Part shown: positions 40,671-55,522 of the stretch, in pieces | Layout of the letters: every line of letters starts with the position of its first letter | Position numbering within the stretch: the stretch's first letter is position 1 | Source: Octopus vulgaris | Lineage: Eukaryota | DNA length: 64,000 nt | Reading direction: 5' to 3' | NCBI GenBank assembly: GCA_951406725.2 | Contig: OX597825.1 | Span: 62,310,001-62,374,000, forward strand | The notes under the pieces: generated by a model | The model's input: only the letters and a program-made list of their open reading frames with translations | Told to the model about the DNA's origin: nothing | Databases searched by the model: none | Program-made: the position numbers and the translations under genes

Positions 40671-41479
40671 ATTATTATTGTATTTATATTTTTATTAATG
40701 TTGCAATCATTATTATTAAGGTGGTGTCCTGGCAGAATCGTTAGCATGCCGGGCAAAATGTTTAGCACCAGTTGATCTGTCTTTTGGAATTTCACCAAGA
40801 TCAACTTAGCCTTTTATCTCTGGAGGTCAATAAATAAGTATTAGCTTAACACTGGGGTCATTGTAATTGACTTATCCCGCCCTCAAAATTGCTGTTCTTT
40901 TGCCGAAAGTTAAAATCATCATCATCATAATCATCATCATCATAATCATCAACATCATCATCATCATTATTATGATTATTATCATCGTCATCATTATTAT
41001 CAATATACGTTTGGCTTTTGCTTTGTATTTGTACAAGTTGTCTGTAAGTCTCATCCAGAAACCTCAAGAGACAATTTAGAAGTTCAAGTTGGTATTATGA
41101 CTAGTGTTCCATATTTTTGGTTTTGCACAGAGTATTGTTCTAGAAAATATCGGTCAAAACATAAGAAAATTAGAAGTTTGTTTTAAAAGTAATTTGATTA
41201 TAAGATGAGAGTGTGATTATATGATGAGAGCAAAAAGTGTTTGCTATTATGTACATTTAAGAGAACTTTTGACAATTTTTATTATTATATTTATTATTAT
41301 TTACTTCTAATCTGCATGTTTGTTACAATCCCTTACCAAGACACACCCAGCGTCCTTGGGCAAGTAAAGGATAAGAGATGCTACAATATGACTGAAAGCT
41401 TGGGCAGGGCAAGTGATAGGGGCAGTAGTGAAAAATGTAACTCAGACATTTAAATTGATAGGGTTTTTTTCAGAGGATG

Positions 41480-42000
41480 TAGCCAGTACATTTTAGCACA
41501 ATCTTTTAAATTTCTCTGAGACATGGTTCTCCTGGGATATTATCTAGATGTTTTTTTACATCCCTTTCTTATCATACCATGGGAACCCACAATAACAAGA
41601 ACAGTTCTCGCTTTAAGATGCCACACCTTTCATATTTCAATTTCTAGGTCCTTATATCTACTTAATTTGTAAAATTTCTTTACAGATACATTTTTATCAG
41701 TGGAAGAATTTACAGTTATTAGTCTACAAGTATTTTCTTTCATGTCCATAATGTCTATGTCTGGTTGATTAGCCTGGATTGTTCTATCAGTATTGACTGG
41801 AAAATCTCGGAGGATAGTGACATTTTTACCTTTAACAACTGGCTCAGAGTAATGTTCATACTAGTAAGCAGGAGTGTTGATTTTGTAGTGTTTACATTTT
41901 TTCCAATGTAAATAATGTCCTACCTTATTGTGATGATTTTTGTATTCGTTTCATGTCTGTACAGGACATCCCAAGATGAGATGGTCTATTGTTTCATTAA
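41480..42000 (-). mobile_element. R4/Dong-like LINE fragment
   Basis: ETIDHLILGC, HYLHWKKC, ILRDFPVNTDRTIQANQPDI, KLSRYKDLEIEI; adjacent to (ATT)n. Confidence 0.8.
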
Positions 42001-42013
42001 ATATGTTTATTAC

Positions 42014-42061
<48 letters not shown>

Positions 42062-42062
<1 letters not shown>

Positions 42063-42610
42063 GAGTGAGAGAGCAGTGCATGCCATCAAAGTTACAAATA
42101 TACGAACCCCAATACACCCATCATGACAACCCATCTGTTAAGGATACACCAGACTCATGCATCACAATCATATATGCCCGACATAGGGATCTCATATAAC
42201 GATAAATAGTGCCTGACCTTGCAAGTTGGGCCATTCTGAATTTTCTTCAGATCGAGTAGCCTATCCCACTCAAAAGATCCCTGAATAAGGTTTGTTTTAA
42301 GGATGATGAACAAAACACCGATATTTCCGGATGTGAATTATCTAAATTCTAAAGAATTCCTCTCAATACATGGCTATGATTCTCCCCCACTACTTCTGCT
42401 CATGATCAGAGATGCACATATCGTCAGCCACTAAGGGACATGCTCAACTGGTTATGGTCAAACAACTGACAAGCAAATCTGTGGTATTGAGCAGAATATT
42501 TGCTGTAGCTCGTCTTTTATACCAAGACAAAACAATGTATATGATAACACTTCCAATCAGTTAAGATCAGAAGCCATGAGAGCCACTGCCTGGTACTGCA
42601 TCAGGGCATT
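42062..42610 (-). mobile_element. (AAT)n-associated retroelement
   Basis: Inverted homolog of 29240-29540, flanked by ATT repeats. Confidence 0.7.
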
Positions 42611-45190
42611 ATTATTATTTTAGATTTTATTATTGTAGTTATTATACTTTAGTTGTTGAGCCAGCAGAATTATTAGCATGCTTGACAAAGTGCGTTAGCA
42701 ACATTTCTTCTGGTTTTATGTTCCGAGTTCAAATTACACTGAGGTTGATTTACCTTTCATTGTAATGGTGTCAGCAAAATAAATATCAGATATATATAAC
42801 GACTCTATAATTTCAGGCCTTGTACCAATAGTATAAAGGATTATTATTGTTGTTGTTGTTAAGGTGGTAAGCTGGCAGCATCATTTGCATGTTGGGAAAA
42901 ATACTTAGTGGGATTTTGTGTATCTTCACATTCTTAGTTCAAATTCTCCTGAGGTCGACTTTGTCTTTCACCTAATCAGTGACAATAAAATAAGTACCAG
43001 TCAAGTGTTGGAGTCAATGTAATCAACATATCCCCTCTCCCAAAATTGCTGACCTTGTGCTAAATTTTAAACCATTATCATCATCATCATCATCATTATT
43101 TTTATTGATTAAATTACAATGGTAAACTGACAGAGTTGCTTGAATGTCAGGAAAAATGTTTATTCTCGATCTTTATCATCTGATTTCAAATCTCTCGGTA
43201 TCTTTTAGGGTGGGGGTCAATAAAATAAAGTGCTGGCCAAGAGCAAGGGATGGTTGTATCGACTAATCTTCACCTGCTCAAAATTGCTGGCATTGTGCCT
43301 AAATTAGAAATCATTATTTATTGGGCAAATTTTTGTTTAGATTTGTCAAAAATTTTATCAATAAATTTTGTCCTGAAGCTTACCATATTATAAAAAATCA
43401 AAATACTCAACCATGAAATCTTCAGAATTCTAGCAGAATATTTCTTTTAATTAAATGAAACTTGTTAATGATACAATTCCTTCTGAAGAGAGCCAGTGCT
43501 AGTGCTAATTAATGATAGAAAGTAACAAGAATAAGCCAGCATGGTCCAAGTAACGTATATTAAAAGCTGATACTGAAAAGCTGTACATGGGTATGTGGTA
43601 TTAAGTGAATCTCCTTTGTCTCATTTTATGTTGCTGCATCGAAATATGGAAAAGAAATTAATGATGTGGATGATGATACATACGATGTTCATGTTGGAAA
43701 TACGGAGACAATGGTGATGTTGACAATGAAGGCAATGAAATAACTTGGAAATAACAATGACGATAAAACAGTTAAAATAAAATCAAATGATTTAAGGAGG
43801 CCACCCACTCGTAATGTTTGAATTTCATGTCATAAGTTCTTTTTCCTTTCATATATTAAGATTTTAAACAAGAGAATAATCTCAATGCTGATATTTTATT
43901 TTAGAAAATGCAGAAATTCTAAGATAATTTGCTTTGTGTTAATCAAGCTGCAATAAGTTTCTCAAATAATGCCTACTACTCCATGTTCTAGGAAGTTTCA
44001 AGCCTTCCCACCGATTCTTCACAATAGATATTCAACAATAAACACTTCGTTGTCATTGTTGCCAGCATCGCTGTCATCATCATCATTTGATATCTGCTTT
44101 CCATGATGGGGTGTGTTGGACATATATGTGTGTGGGGGTAGGTGGGTGAGTGTGTGTGTATGTGCATATATGTATGTGTGGGGTGTGAGAGTGTGTGCAT
44201 GTATATAGTTATGTATGTATGTATGTATGCATGCATGTATGTGTGTGAGTGTATGAATATGTATGTACGTATGTATGTATATGTGTGTGTATGTGAGTGT
44301 GTGTGTGAGTATGAATGTGTATGTATGTATGTATGTATGTATGTATGTATGCACATGTGTATGTGTGTGAGTGTGTGTGTGAGTCTGTGTGAGTCTGTGT
44401 GAGTGTATGTATGTGTCTATGTGTGTGTGAATGTGTGTGTGTGTGAGTGTCAGTGTGTGTATGTGTGTGTGTACAAGTGCACATGTCTGCTTGCTGGAAA
44501 TAACAGTCAAAACGCTTATTTAAATTGTCAAAAAAAAACACTGATAACAACTAGAGAAATCAACTGTCTTCGGGCAAATGGGCTAAGACAATCTTTCAAC
44601 ATATATTCGAGTATTTGGACACACATGGACTGGTTTCAAGACTGACATTATAGCCTCACCTTCTTCAGCACACGATACCATGATGGCAAGATCCAACCCA
44701 TCATGTTGAAGTCTGTACTGTACCTGATTTGTTTTGTGCCAAATCATGGCAGCCACCAGTGTGAAAATAATTTTAATATGGAGCAAATAATTCAGGAGAA
44801 AATATTCGCAATGATAATATTAACTCTCGTATTATCAAGTGTAACAATTAAAAATGATAATAACAGAATCAATTATATAGGTGATTGCAGGTCCAAAAAA
44901 GCATTAAATAGCTGGAGGATTAAAATTAATCATACTAAGTATGTCTACCTGCTGGAAATAACAGTCAAAACTGTTATTTAAATTGCTGAAAAGAACACTG
45001 ATAACAAGTACAGAAATCAACTGTCTTCAGGCATGTGTGTGTGTATATATGCAGGCTTGGCTGTGTGGTAAGAAGTCTGCTTCTTAACCACATGGATCCA
45101 GGTTCTCAAGTGTCTTCTACTATAGACTTGGGTTGATCAAAGCCTTGTGAGTAGATGTGGTAGACGGAAACTGAAAGAAGCCTGCCAAAT

Positions 45191-45260
<70 letters not shown>

Positions 45261-45656
45261 TCCGTTATTCTTTTATTTGTTTCAGTCATTTGACTGCGGC
45301 TATGCTGGAGCACCACCTTTTAGTCGAGCAAATCGACCCAGGAATTATTCTTTGTAGGCCTAGGGGACATAAACACACCAACATCGGTTGTGAAGCAATG
45401 GTGGGGTGGGGGACAAACACAGACACACAAACATGTATATATGTTTCAGTTTCTAGCTACCATATCTACTCATAGCTTTGGCCAGCCCAAAGCTATAATA
45501 GAAAACACTTGCCCAAGATGCCACTCAGTGGGACTGAACCCAAAACCATGTGGTTGGTAAGCAAACTACTTACCACACAGCTACAAATACATTCTTTCCA
45601 TTTAACTTTCATCTAAAAATAAATGTTTCTTGACAACTTGTATACTCAATGAGGTT

Positions 45657-45890
45657 TTAACCTTTTCGTTACCGTATTTATTTTGAGATGCTCTGTGTTT
45701 CTTTGAATTACTTTAAATATAACAAAGAATGTAGTAAAATAACTTAGTTATCATTCAGCTAGTGTTAGGAACATAAATTGTGACTAAGGTTTGGTGGAAG
45801 ATTTTAATTCAAAACTTATAAAAACAAGACATTTGTACTCAGACCCAGATCCTGAGCCGGTTTCAGCCAGGTTGGTAATGGAAGGGTTAA
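45657..45890. mobile_element. TTAA-flanked (piggyBac-like) MITE
   Basis: TTAA-CCTTTTCGTTACC ... GGTAATGGAAGGG-TTAA. Confidence 0.75.
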
Positions 45891-45954
45891 CATATATCTA
45901 AATGTTCCCAATGCTGGTTCTCTTTCTTTCTACATTTGAATTTGATGTTCTCTT

Positions 45955-46330
45955 TTCATCATCATCATCATCACCATCATCATCATGCAATGTTTTAAAT
46001 CTGGGTTTTGTCCCTGTTAACCTCAATGCCATAGCAACGACCCTCACACCATCTCACCACCTTGCCTGTTTTTTTTTTTTACACCAGCCTTCCCAATCTC
46101 CTCCCCCACCTGTCCCATCCACCTTTTCCCCAGTCTACCATGCCTTCATGTTCCATTTACCTCTAACACATCACCCTCCTCAGAACATGCTCTTCATCCC
46201 CCCTCAACACATGCCCATACCATCTCACTCCATTCGCCCTTGCCAACCATTCCCCCTATTCCTCCAACCCCAGCATTCCCATCAAATCCTCACTCCTCCT
46301 CTTATCAAACAGCATCACCCCACCAAATAG
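45955..46330 (-). mobile_element. RTE-like LINE 3' fragment
   Basis: Minus-strand RWYGHVLR motif and (GAT)n tail. Confidence 0.6.
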
Positions 46331-46563
46331 CGTCACTCTTTTAGAGATGATAGTTTCATTTCTTTCACTGCATCATCTTGCTATTGTGAATACAAGGGTT
46401 GCATTTATACATTTCGTATATGATCTTTTTTTTTTATCTTTTCCCTTTTTGTCATTTCATTTCAAATCAGTTTAGATAATTGTTCGAATATTGATTATTT
46501 ATTTCCATAAATTGAATCCTATAAAAATCATTTATTCTATGATTCTATATATGTAAAATCATG

Positions 46564-46606
<43 letters not shown>

Positions 46607-46631
46607 ATATGTATGTATATATATATGTATA

Positions 46632-46670
<39 letters not shown>

Positions 46671-47491
46671 AGGATATGAATTTATGTCTGTGCACGCATG
46701 CACAAAAACATAATTGTGTGTCTATATATTATTTCTTTCTCTCTCTCTCTCTGTGTCTCTCTCTCTCTCTCTCTCACTCTCAAATACACATACACACACA
46801 TACATACACACATGCTCACATATGACTAACAAGCAACAATCATTCTGTTTCACTGTATCAAGTCTTTGACTCCACAAATCAAAAAATTTGTCCTAGCAAT
46901 TGAGAAATGGTATGTATCATATGTAAAGCATAAGAATTATTGCAGTGCATGAAACATGTGCATCTATAAACATAGTGCAGTGTGTAATGCATATGCACAT
47001 ATAATGTTACTGAGTAGGCATAATTCATACTTTGCTGAGGTTATGCAATTATCTCAGTTTTTTGTATTTTATATAAATATATAGGCACAGGCAAGGCTGT
47101 GTGGCAAGAAGCTTGCCACAAAGGTGAGCTGGCAGAAACGTTAGCATACTGGGTAAAAAGAACCAGTAACATAGTAGGAAAATTTCCAGTCAAAATATTG
47201 AAAGCTTGGAAAATGGAGAATTGTGTTACAAATTCTTACAACTAGAAATATTTTTTAAAGTTGAACTATAGCATTCTGAACATATCGATGATCCATTGGT
47301 CTTTGAGCAGTAGATATACAAATCTTTGCACATAACTAATTAAGGTAATGAAGACATGAATAAAGATTTCACAAGGTAACAGAGAAGAGAATTATGAAAT
47401 GTTTGTTATTTTTCTGAAGAGACAAGGAAAACAACTAATTTTATTGATGTGGTCATTGAAACTGAGTAGGCTGTGAAAATGGAAATGTTGC

Positions 47492-47528
<37 letters not shown>

Positions 47529-47857
47529 GTGTATGTGTGTGTGCATGTATGTGTGTGTTTGTGTATTTGCATGTGCATACACATACAAAAATGGGATTGT
47601 TAACATGTTCACCGTATAAAACAAAAGTGTGTCCACAGACGTTTAGTACAAGGTGTATGAAGAAACTTTATGTTGATCTTCCATAAATCATACAGATATA
47701 TATATATATATATATATATGTAGGATTTATATATATATATATATAAATCCTACATATATATATATATATATTCTAAATGAAAGAATGGAGTTGAACGACG
47801 ATTTAACAAAATTCCTTTATTCTCAATATATGTTTCGATATATATAGGCTGCATATT

Positions 47858-48017
<160 letters not shown>

Positions 48018-48405
48018 AGAGAGAGAGAGAGAGAGAGATAGAAATACAAAGTGTGTGGGAGAAAATTGAAGTAGAAAGTGGAATAAAGATATTGTTACAG
48101 ATGCCCAGATTGCCGTTGCATGATTAAGCAATGCAGATACCATATAGATAACATTCTTTTTTCTACATTCCGTTCTCAGTTATGTGCTTGCTATTCATCT
48201 CAATTTGTCAATGCTTCATGCTGTTCATATCACAATCAATAAACAACACAAAAACAAAAACAAAAACAAAAAAACATTTAAAAAATGCTGTAATTATTTA
48301 CTCCCCCTCCACATTTGTTCTTCTTCGCTATATATTATTTCTGTGTTCTTACTAAGATTTTACATATATATATAAATAAACACGTGTTTCTATGTATACA
48401 CACAC

Positions 48406-48436
<31 letters not shown>

Positions 48437-48721
48437 AGTTTGTATATATATATCATACAACTGGTTATATGACTTAAAATGTAAAAACAAGTTTCCTTAA
48501 CTCCCAAGAACTTTGCAAATGGTTCTTGCATGTTAAATTACAGCTCTGATAATATATATATCTCTATAGCTTCAGTCCAGAAAGAAAAAAGAAAAATTAG
48601 CATTTATCATCTAGATTCTCCATGTTCAAGTTATATATATATATATATTTATATGTGTGTGTGTGTATATACATACATATATATATACATATATATATAT
48701 ATCCATATATACATACATACA

Positions 48722-48774
<53 letters not shown>

Positions 48775-49464
48775 ATATATACATACATACATCTCTCTCT
48801 CTCTATATATATATATCCATATATACATACATCTCTCTCTATATATATATATAGAGAGAGAGGGAATGAGGGGAGAGGTAGGGAGCAGGAGGGAGGGAGA
48901 GAGAGATAGGGAGTGAGAGAGGGAGGGAGGGAGTAAGGGAGAGAGAGAGGTACATATATGTATATATACAAAACATTAAAAATAAGAATGGAGAATTATA
49001 CATCCTCAAAAACTTGTTTATTACAGCATTATATATGCTGTATTCACTTTAAATCTCAGTGCAACATGTGTTTCTAAAGTATAGATACCCTAAGACATGT
49101 CATTTAATTGCACTTAGCTGGTTCAGTTGCATTATAAATTCAGCCAAGGTATACGTATCCCTGCAGCTGTATTCAAGTTATTACCACAATGGGTTTTTGA
49201 AGTGAACTGAAAATTTCAGTGCTTGATAGTCTTATTCTAAGTGTAATATAGGTGGCAGGGGATATGTGTGTTTAGTATAAAACGAAGCAGAGGTTTATGT
49301 GAAATACGATATGGCAATAAAGTCTGTTGTTGTTTAAACCTGGAGTGACTCTTGTGGTTCTAAAATGAATATCATGAAAGAAAATTTAGGAGTCAGAGAA
49401 GTCCTAATTAGTTCCTGATTTGTTTCACCTTCATACATTTGCTTCAAACTCATTTGTTTGCTTC

Positions 49465-49890
49465 ATCCTTACTTCCCTGGGCATGGATACATTGAAACTC
49501 CGACGTCTGGCAGCTGACTTGGCAGACACCCATAAAATTATTAACCATCTTACAAACAATAACTCTAAGCACCTTTTCAAACTCCACCTGTCTAACACTC
49601 ATGAACATGTTTACAAAGTCAGAAAACAGCACAACTCCTATGACTTTCGGAAACATTTTTTCACGCTAAGTGTTGCTGAAGCATGGAACAAACTGCCGGC
49701 ATCAGTTGTTAGTTGTCGGAGCACTGCAAAACTTCCATGCTTCCTTAGATTCACCAACACTACACCTAATTTTCTCCCATACACTGTTCACTTCCCATAC
49801 ATTTGCACATTACTGCACATGCTTTATACGCACTTTTGACAAGTTGTGGTGCACCTAAGCACTGTATACAATAATTTCAATATTATTATT
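49465..49890 (+). mobile_element. CR1-like LINE 3' end
   Basis: LGMDTLKLRRLAADL..HKII, RKHFFTLSVAEAWNKLPASVV; (ATT)n tail. Confidence 0.8.
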
Positions 49891-50119
49891 AACCTCATAT
49901 TATCCAACCATCTCACATTTGCTCTGCTTCTAGTTATTACAAAGTTTTAAAATTTAGGAAAAAAGGTGTAAAAAAAGGATTAAAAAAAAAATGACCTGGG
50001 GTCTATTTGTTGTATCAAAATTCTTCAAGGTGATGCCCTAGCATGATTGCAGTCTGATCACTGAAACAAGTAAAAAATGCAAAAAATATAAAATGCATAT
50101 ACATATATATAAATAAATA

Positions 50120-51305
50120 TAAGAATGGATACAGGTATAAAATCTTCTAGGAAGGTAAGAGTGATAGAGTTGGGGGCATAGGTATACTCCTTGCAAAGAA
50201 AGGGGTGGATAACGTAATAGAGGTAGACAGGGTGTGCGATAGAGTCGTTAACAGCAGACTAGTCTTGCAGAACAGTATAGCTACAATTATCTCTGCGTGT
50301 GCCTTACAAGCGGGCCTACTAAATGATCAGAAGGACCACTTTTATGATATCCTTCTTCAGGCTATCTCAAAGACGAGTGGCAGTGACCTCATCTTTGTGG
50401 CTGGAGATTTTAATGGGCATGTTAGATGGCAATCTGGTATCTTCAATGGTGTTCATGGGGGCCATAGAATTGGTTTCCAAAACAAAGAGGTAACTAGGCT
50501 CCTGGAGTTCTGTGATGCAAGCAACCTATTAATCTACAACACTAACTTCAGGAAGCCTGACAGCCACCTGATAACCTATTAATCAGGCGATTCTGCTAGC
50601 CAGATTGATTTCATCCTCAACAGACAGTGGGATGTATGGTTGCTCTTAGATACAAAGATCCTCCCTGATGAAGAATGTATCCCCTTGCACAGACTAGTAA
50701 TTAGTGACATTATACTTAAGGCCAGAAGGATGCCAAGAAGCAGGCGAATCCAGAAAAGAAAGATTTGGAAGCTTAAGAATGCTTCACATGATCAGAGATT
50801 TAGGGACGTCTTCACTGGGAAATTTGATGAAAGGGAGGAGGATCTACAGACTTGTGACATAGAGGGTAACTGGAAATTCCTATGTGACAGCTTACTGAGC
50901 ATCAAAGATCAAATCTGTGGCTGCTGCAAAGTCTCTTCAAGACCTAGGGTAATGTGGTGGTGGAATAATACAGTAGACAGGGCTATCAGAGCAAAGAAAC
51001 AGGCTTGGAAAACCTGGAAGAGTTGGAGTAGCAGGGAACTGTACCAGATAGCCAGAAGGGTGAATGGGAGATAGGTATATATAGCCAAGGGAGAAGCAGA
51101 AAAGAAGTGTGCCAATGTTCAATGATGTGAGGACTAAAGAACTGAAATATTTCAGATTGCAAAACAGTGTGTGAGAGAAAATTGTAATGTTACAGGAGAG
51201 AAATATGTCCACATGGATGATGGTGCACTTGCTTTTAATGATTCTGTAAAGAAAGTGGCTTGGAGATGCCATTATGAAAGGCTACTGAATGTGGAGAGTG
51301 AATGA
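50120..51305 (+). mobile_element. RTE-clade LINE fragment (APE endonuclease and linker), multiple stops
   Basis: IISACALQAG, AGDFNGHV, TNFRKPDSHLITY, QIDFIL, HRLVISD, WWWN. Confidence 0.9.
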
Positions 51306-51337
51306 GAGCAGAAGAGCCTGCCAAATAGTTAGCTTGA

Positions 51338-51367
51338 TAGATAAGTAGATAGACAGAAAGATGGATG

Positions 51368-51454
<87 letters not shown>
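51338..51454. repeat. (GATA)n microsatellite
   Basis: Direct. Confidence 0.95.
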
Positions 51455-53053
51455 GTATATTCGTGTGCATGTCTGCTGAGTGTGTTTGTTCCTCCTTGCT
51501 TTCACATTATAAGATAGTTGTAAATGAGTGTCATCTTCATATAAGTGGTATCGTTCATTTCCAATCTGCAATGAAATCAGGTCCAGTCAAGGGAAAATTT
51601 TACCTTGCTTGAAACAAGTGAGATCTGGTGACAGAAAAGGCACCCAGCTCTAGAAAATCTGTGTGAACACTTTCTCTCAAACCTATGCAAGGAGAGACAA
51701 GTAGATGTTAATATGATGGCGATGACTCCAATGTTCCTGCCTTTTGTCTACAAACCAACTTCCTGATATAATTTCCTCTGCTTTAGTTTGTTCCTATAGA
51801 ATGTTCAGTAGTTAGCTAAAATTTGATGCCTTCAGATTTGACAAAGTGAGAAATTAAATTTCATTCTAGCTTCTTAAAGAAAATCTGGATTTTAGTAATT
51901 TACTGTTTACTGTAGTAATTGCATATAAATGCTAATTGTTTTTAAGAAAAAATTAAAATATAAATAATTAATTTGTTTCACTGCATGTTAGTAATTGAAA
52001 TCATTGCTTGTTTAAGAATGCTGTTTAATATTATACTCCAAGCTTAAGGTGGTAAGCCGGCAAAATTGTTAGCATGCTAGGCAAAATGCTTAGTGACATT
52101 CTGAGTTCAAATTCTGCCAGGGTCAACTTTGCCTTTCATTCTTTCACATTCGATAAAATAAGTACCAGTTTAATCCTGGGATCGATATAATTGACTTACC
52201 TACTTCCCTGAAATTGCAAACCTTGTGCTAAAATTTGAAGGGCTCAGTGGTTATGGCAGTGGACTCGCGTTCAGAGGATCGCGGTTTCAATTCCCTGACT
52301 GGGCGTTGTGTGTGTTTATTGAGTGAAAACACCTAAGGCTCTGGCAGGGGGGTGGGTGGCGACCCCTGTTGTACTCTTTCGCCCCAACTTTCTCTCACTC
52401 TTTCTTCCTGTTTCTTGACTAACACTGCGATGGACTAGCATCCCATCAGCTTGGGGGAACACATACACCATAGAAACTGAGAAACCGGGCCTATTTATCC
52501 TGCAAGCCTCAATGATTACAGGTACAATAATTTGAGACCTCTATTTCAAGGTCCTTGTATTTGCTTGACTTTTTAAATACTTTTACAGAAATCTGGCAGG
52601 CTGGTTGATATATCTATAAGCAAAAATGTCTTGTCAATGTGATTTTTCATCACCATATCTGTCTATTGGTCTTCATTGCTCAATCAATGTGAATTCTGAC
52701 AACTGGCACTCTGTCGGATATGATGACAAGGGTTCCACTTGATCTGAACAATAGAACAGCCTGCTTGTGAAATTAATGTGTTGATCACTCCACAAATATG
52801 TGAAGTTAATGTGGTTGAGCACATGTGTGCCCTTAACGTAGTTCTCGGGGAGATCCAGTGTGACATAGAATGTGAAAAGTCTGGTCCTCTGGAATACAGG
52901 TACTCTTCATTTTACCAGCTGATTGAACTGGAGCAGTTTGAAATAAAGTCTCTTGCTCAAGGACACAATGCATCACCAGGTATTGCACTCATGACCTTAT
53001 TATCATGAGCCAAGTACCATAACCATTAAGCCACGTGCCTTCAGGTGATGTCT

Positions 53054-53403
53054 TTATTACATCCGCCTTAGCTAAGTCAAAGGTATTGTTTTCAGTCGCG
53101 TTTGTTTGTCTGTGGACAAGATATCTCAAGAACCGCTGGATGGATTCAAATGAAACTTTCAGGGATGTTTGGCCTCATGACTGGCATGAACTGATTAGAT
53201 TTGGGGACTGATCTGGATTACTTTTCCTGTTTTTTTTAATTTTTTTATTTTTGAGAGCAGTTGGGTTCATTTTTAGTATTCTCATTTGTGAGAGCAGTCG
53301 AGTTTACTTCAGATATTATCATTTTAAAGATTATCTGTGGCTAATCATTGAGAAGACGTTGGTGTTGCCTTGACGGAGGTTTGCCCTCTCTGAGCGCTCT
53401 TGT
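53054..53403 (+). mobile_element. Helentron/DINE-like non-autonomous element
   Basis: Subterminal inverted repeats ACATCCGCC / GACGGAGGT, 3' hairpin, T-rich ends. Confidence 0.6.
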
Positions 53404-54227
53404 TTTCTCCTACTTTAGTAAGTTTAGATTCATGCCTTTTCACAGCAAATCAACATTCTAATATACTTTCACCTGCTTCAGTATGTTTCTCTAGAATGTT
53501 CAGTAGTTAACTAAAATCTGATAACTTCAGATTTCTCATTGTGAAAAATTAAATTTTATTCTCTTTTGACTACAAATTCTCTGGATTTCTGTTATTTACT
53601 CTCTGCTGTCGTAATTGCCTTTAAATACTAATTATGTTTTAATAACAAAAAATTTAAAATATAAATAATTAATTTGTTTCACTCTGTGTTAGTAATCAAA
53701 ATCATTGCTTGTTTTTAAAAAGCAATGTTCTACTCATTAGTAGTTTTGTTGAAATGATGTTACATGTTTTGCCGAAATAATGTTAAAATACTGTCATTAG
53801 TTTTTAATGCTTCTTCCTCGAAGCTAAATAATCAGGATTCTTCTAAATGTTGTTTTTTAGTCTAGAGATTGGATTACTTAAAAAAAAAAAAATTACAGAA
53901 GTATAGTCATATATTTTTATCAGTTGTTTTTTTTTATATTTCAACATATTCTTTATATTTTTATGAGAGTATTATACTGTTTAAAATCTAGTTACATACA
54001 TAATTTTGAGTAAAGATTTTAAAATTATTTGTGATAAAAAAACTAGGAAAAGAAAATTTGACCACATATAAAAACATTCTTAATTATGTCTCTAGGTAAT
54101 AATTTGAATATAATTATGTAATAGAATATTAAGTAATGAATATGTTTTTGAAGATCTCAAGATGGTACGGCAAAATAGAGTAAAGTATATATCTTAAATA
54201 TCAAGTAGTTTACTATCTTTGACAAGA

Positions 54228-54369
54228 TGCAGGAGTGGCTGAGTGGTAAATGGCTTGCTTACCAACCACATGGTTCCAGGCCCCTTGGGCAAGTGTCTTC
54301 TGCTATAGCCTCGGGCCGACCAAAGCCTTGTGAGTGAATTTGGCAGATGGAAACCGAAAGAAGCCTGTC

Positions 54370-54425
<56 letters not shown>

Positions 54426-54645
54426 ATGTATGTGTGTGTGTATATGTGTTTGTGCTTGTCCCACCCAACATCGCTTGACAACTGATGGTGGTGTGTTTAC
54501 GTCTCTGTAACTTCGTGGTTCGGCAAAAGAGACTGATAGAATAAGTACTACACTTAAAAAGAATAAGTCCTGGGTCGATTTGCCTGACTAAAGGTGGTGC
54601 TCCAGCATGGCCACAGTCAAATGACTGAAGCAAGTAAAAGAGTAA
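54228..54645 (+). mobile_element. CORE-like SINE
   Basis: Same family as 13722. Confidence 0.85.
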
Positions 54646-54651
54646 GACCAG

Positions 54652-54688
<37 letters not shown>

Positions 54689-54727
54689 CTTACATATATA
54701 TGTACACACATGCACATATATATGTAT

Positions 54728-54762
<35 letters not shown>

Positions 54763-54841
54763 CTATGTTTGTATTGTGCATTTATATATATACACATATA
54801 CATATAATTATCAGTCATTTGACTGCCATTTTTACTGGAGT

Positions 54842-54887
<46 letters not shown>

Positions 54888-55274
54888 TGAAACACAGACG
54901 AAAGTCAATATGCTTCACTTATGATGAACTAGTTGCTGTTAATAAGTAAATAAAACTTTGAAGGCATGAAGTTTATATTTCACGATCAGAACTGTCGAAG
55001 CATGGAAGAAACCACCATATTAGTTGTTAACTCTTAGGGCAGTGTTTCCTTCAAAAATTCTGAAATGCCTATGTACCCAATCCTCTCTACGGCTCTTTCA
55101 CTATTTATTTTTCTGCCTTGAGGTTTATCCTGTGTACGATGTTTGTACATTTAACTTTCATTGTCATTTTTCTCTATTTGATTTATATCTGCCTTCTTTG
55201 TCTTCTGTTCCCATTTTCCAATGGGTTATAGTGTACCTGAACAATGTGTACAATAAGTACATTTGTGAGCTGGT

Positions 55275-55522
55275 AGAATCATTAGCATGCTGTACCAGTT
55301 ATGTACTGGGGTCGATGCAATCGACTTAATCCCTTTGTCTGTCCTTGTTTGTCCCCTCTATGTTTAGCCCCTTGTGAGCAATAAAGAAATAAGAATCATT
55401 AGCATGCTGTACCAGTTATGTACTGGGGTCGATGCACTCGACTTAATCCCTTTGCCTGTCCTTGTTTGTCCCCTCTATGTTTAGCCCCCTGTGGGCAATA
55501 AAGAAATAAGAATCATTAGCAT
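55275..55522 (+). repeat. 117 bp tandem duplication of a SINE tail nested in a SINE head
   Basis: AGAATCATTAGCAT at 55275, 55392 and 55509. Confidence 0.9.
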
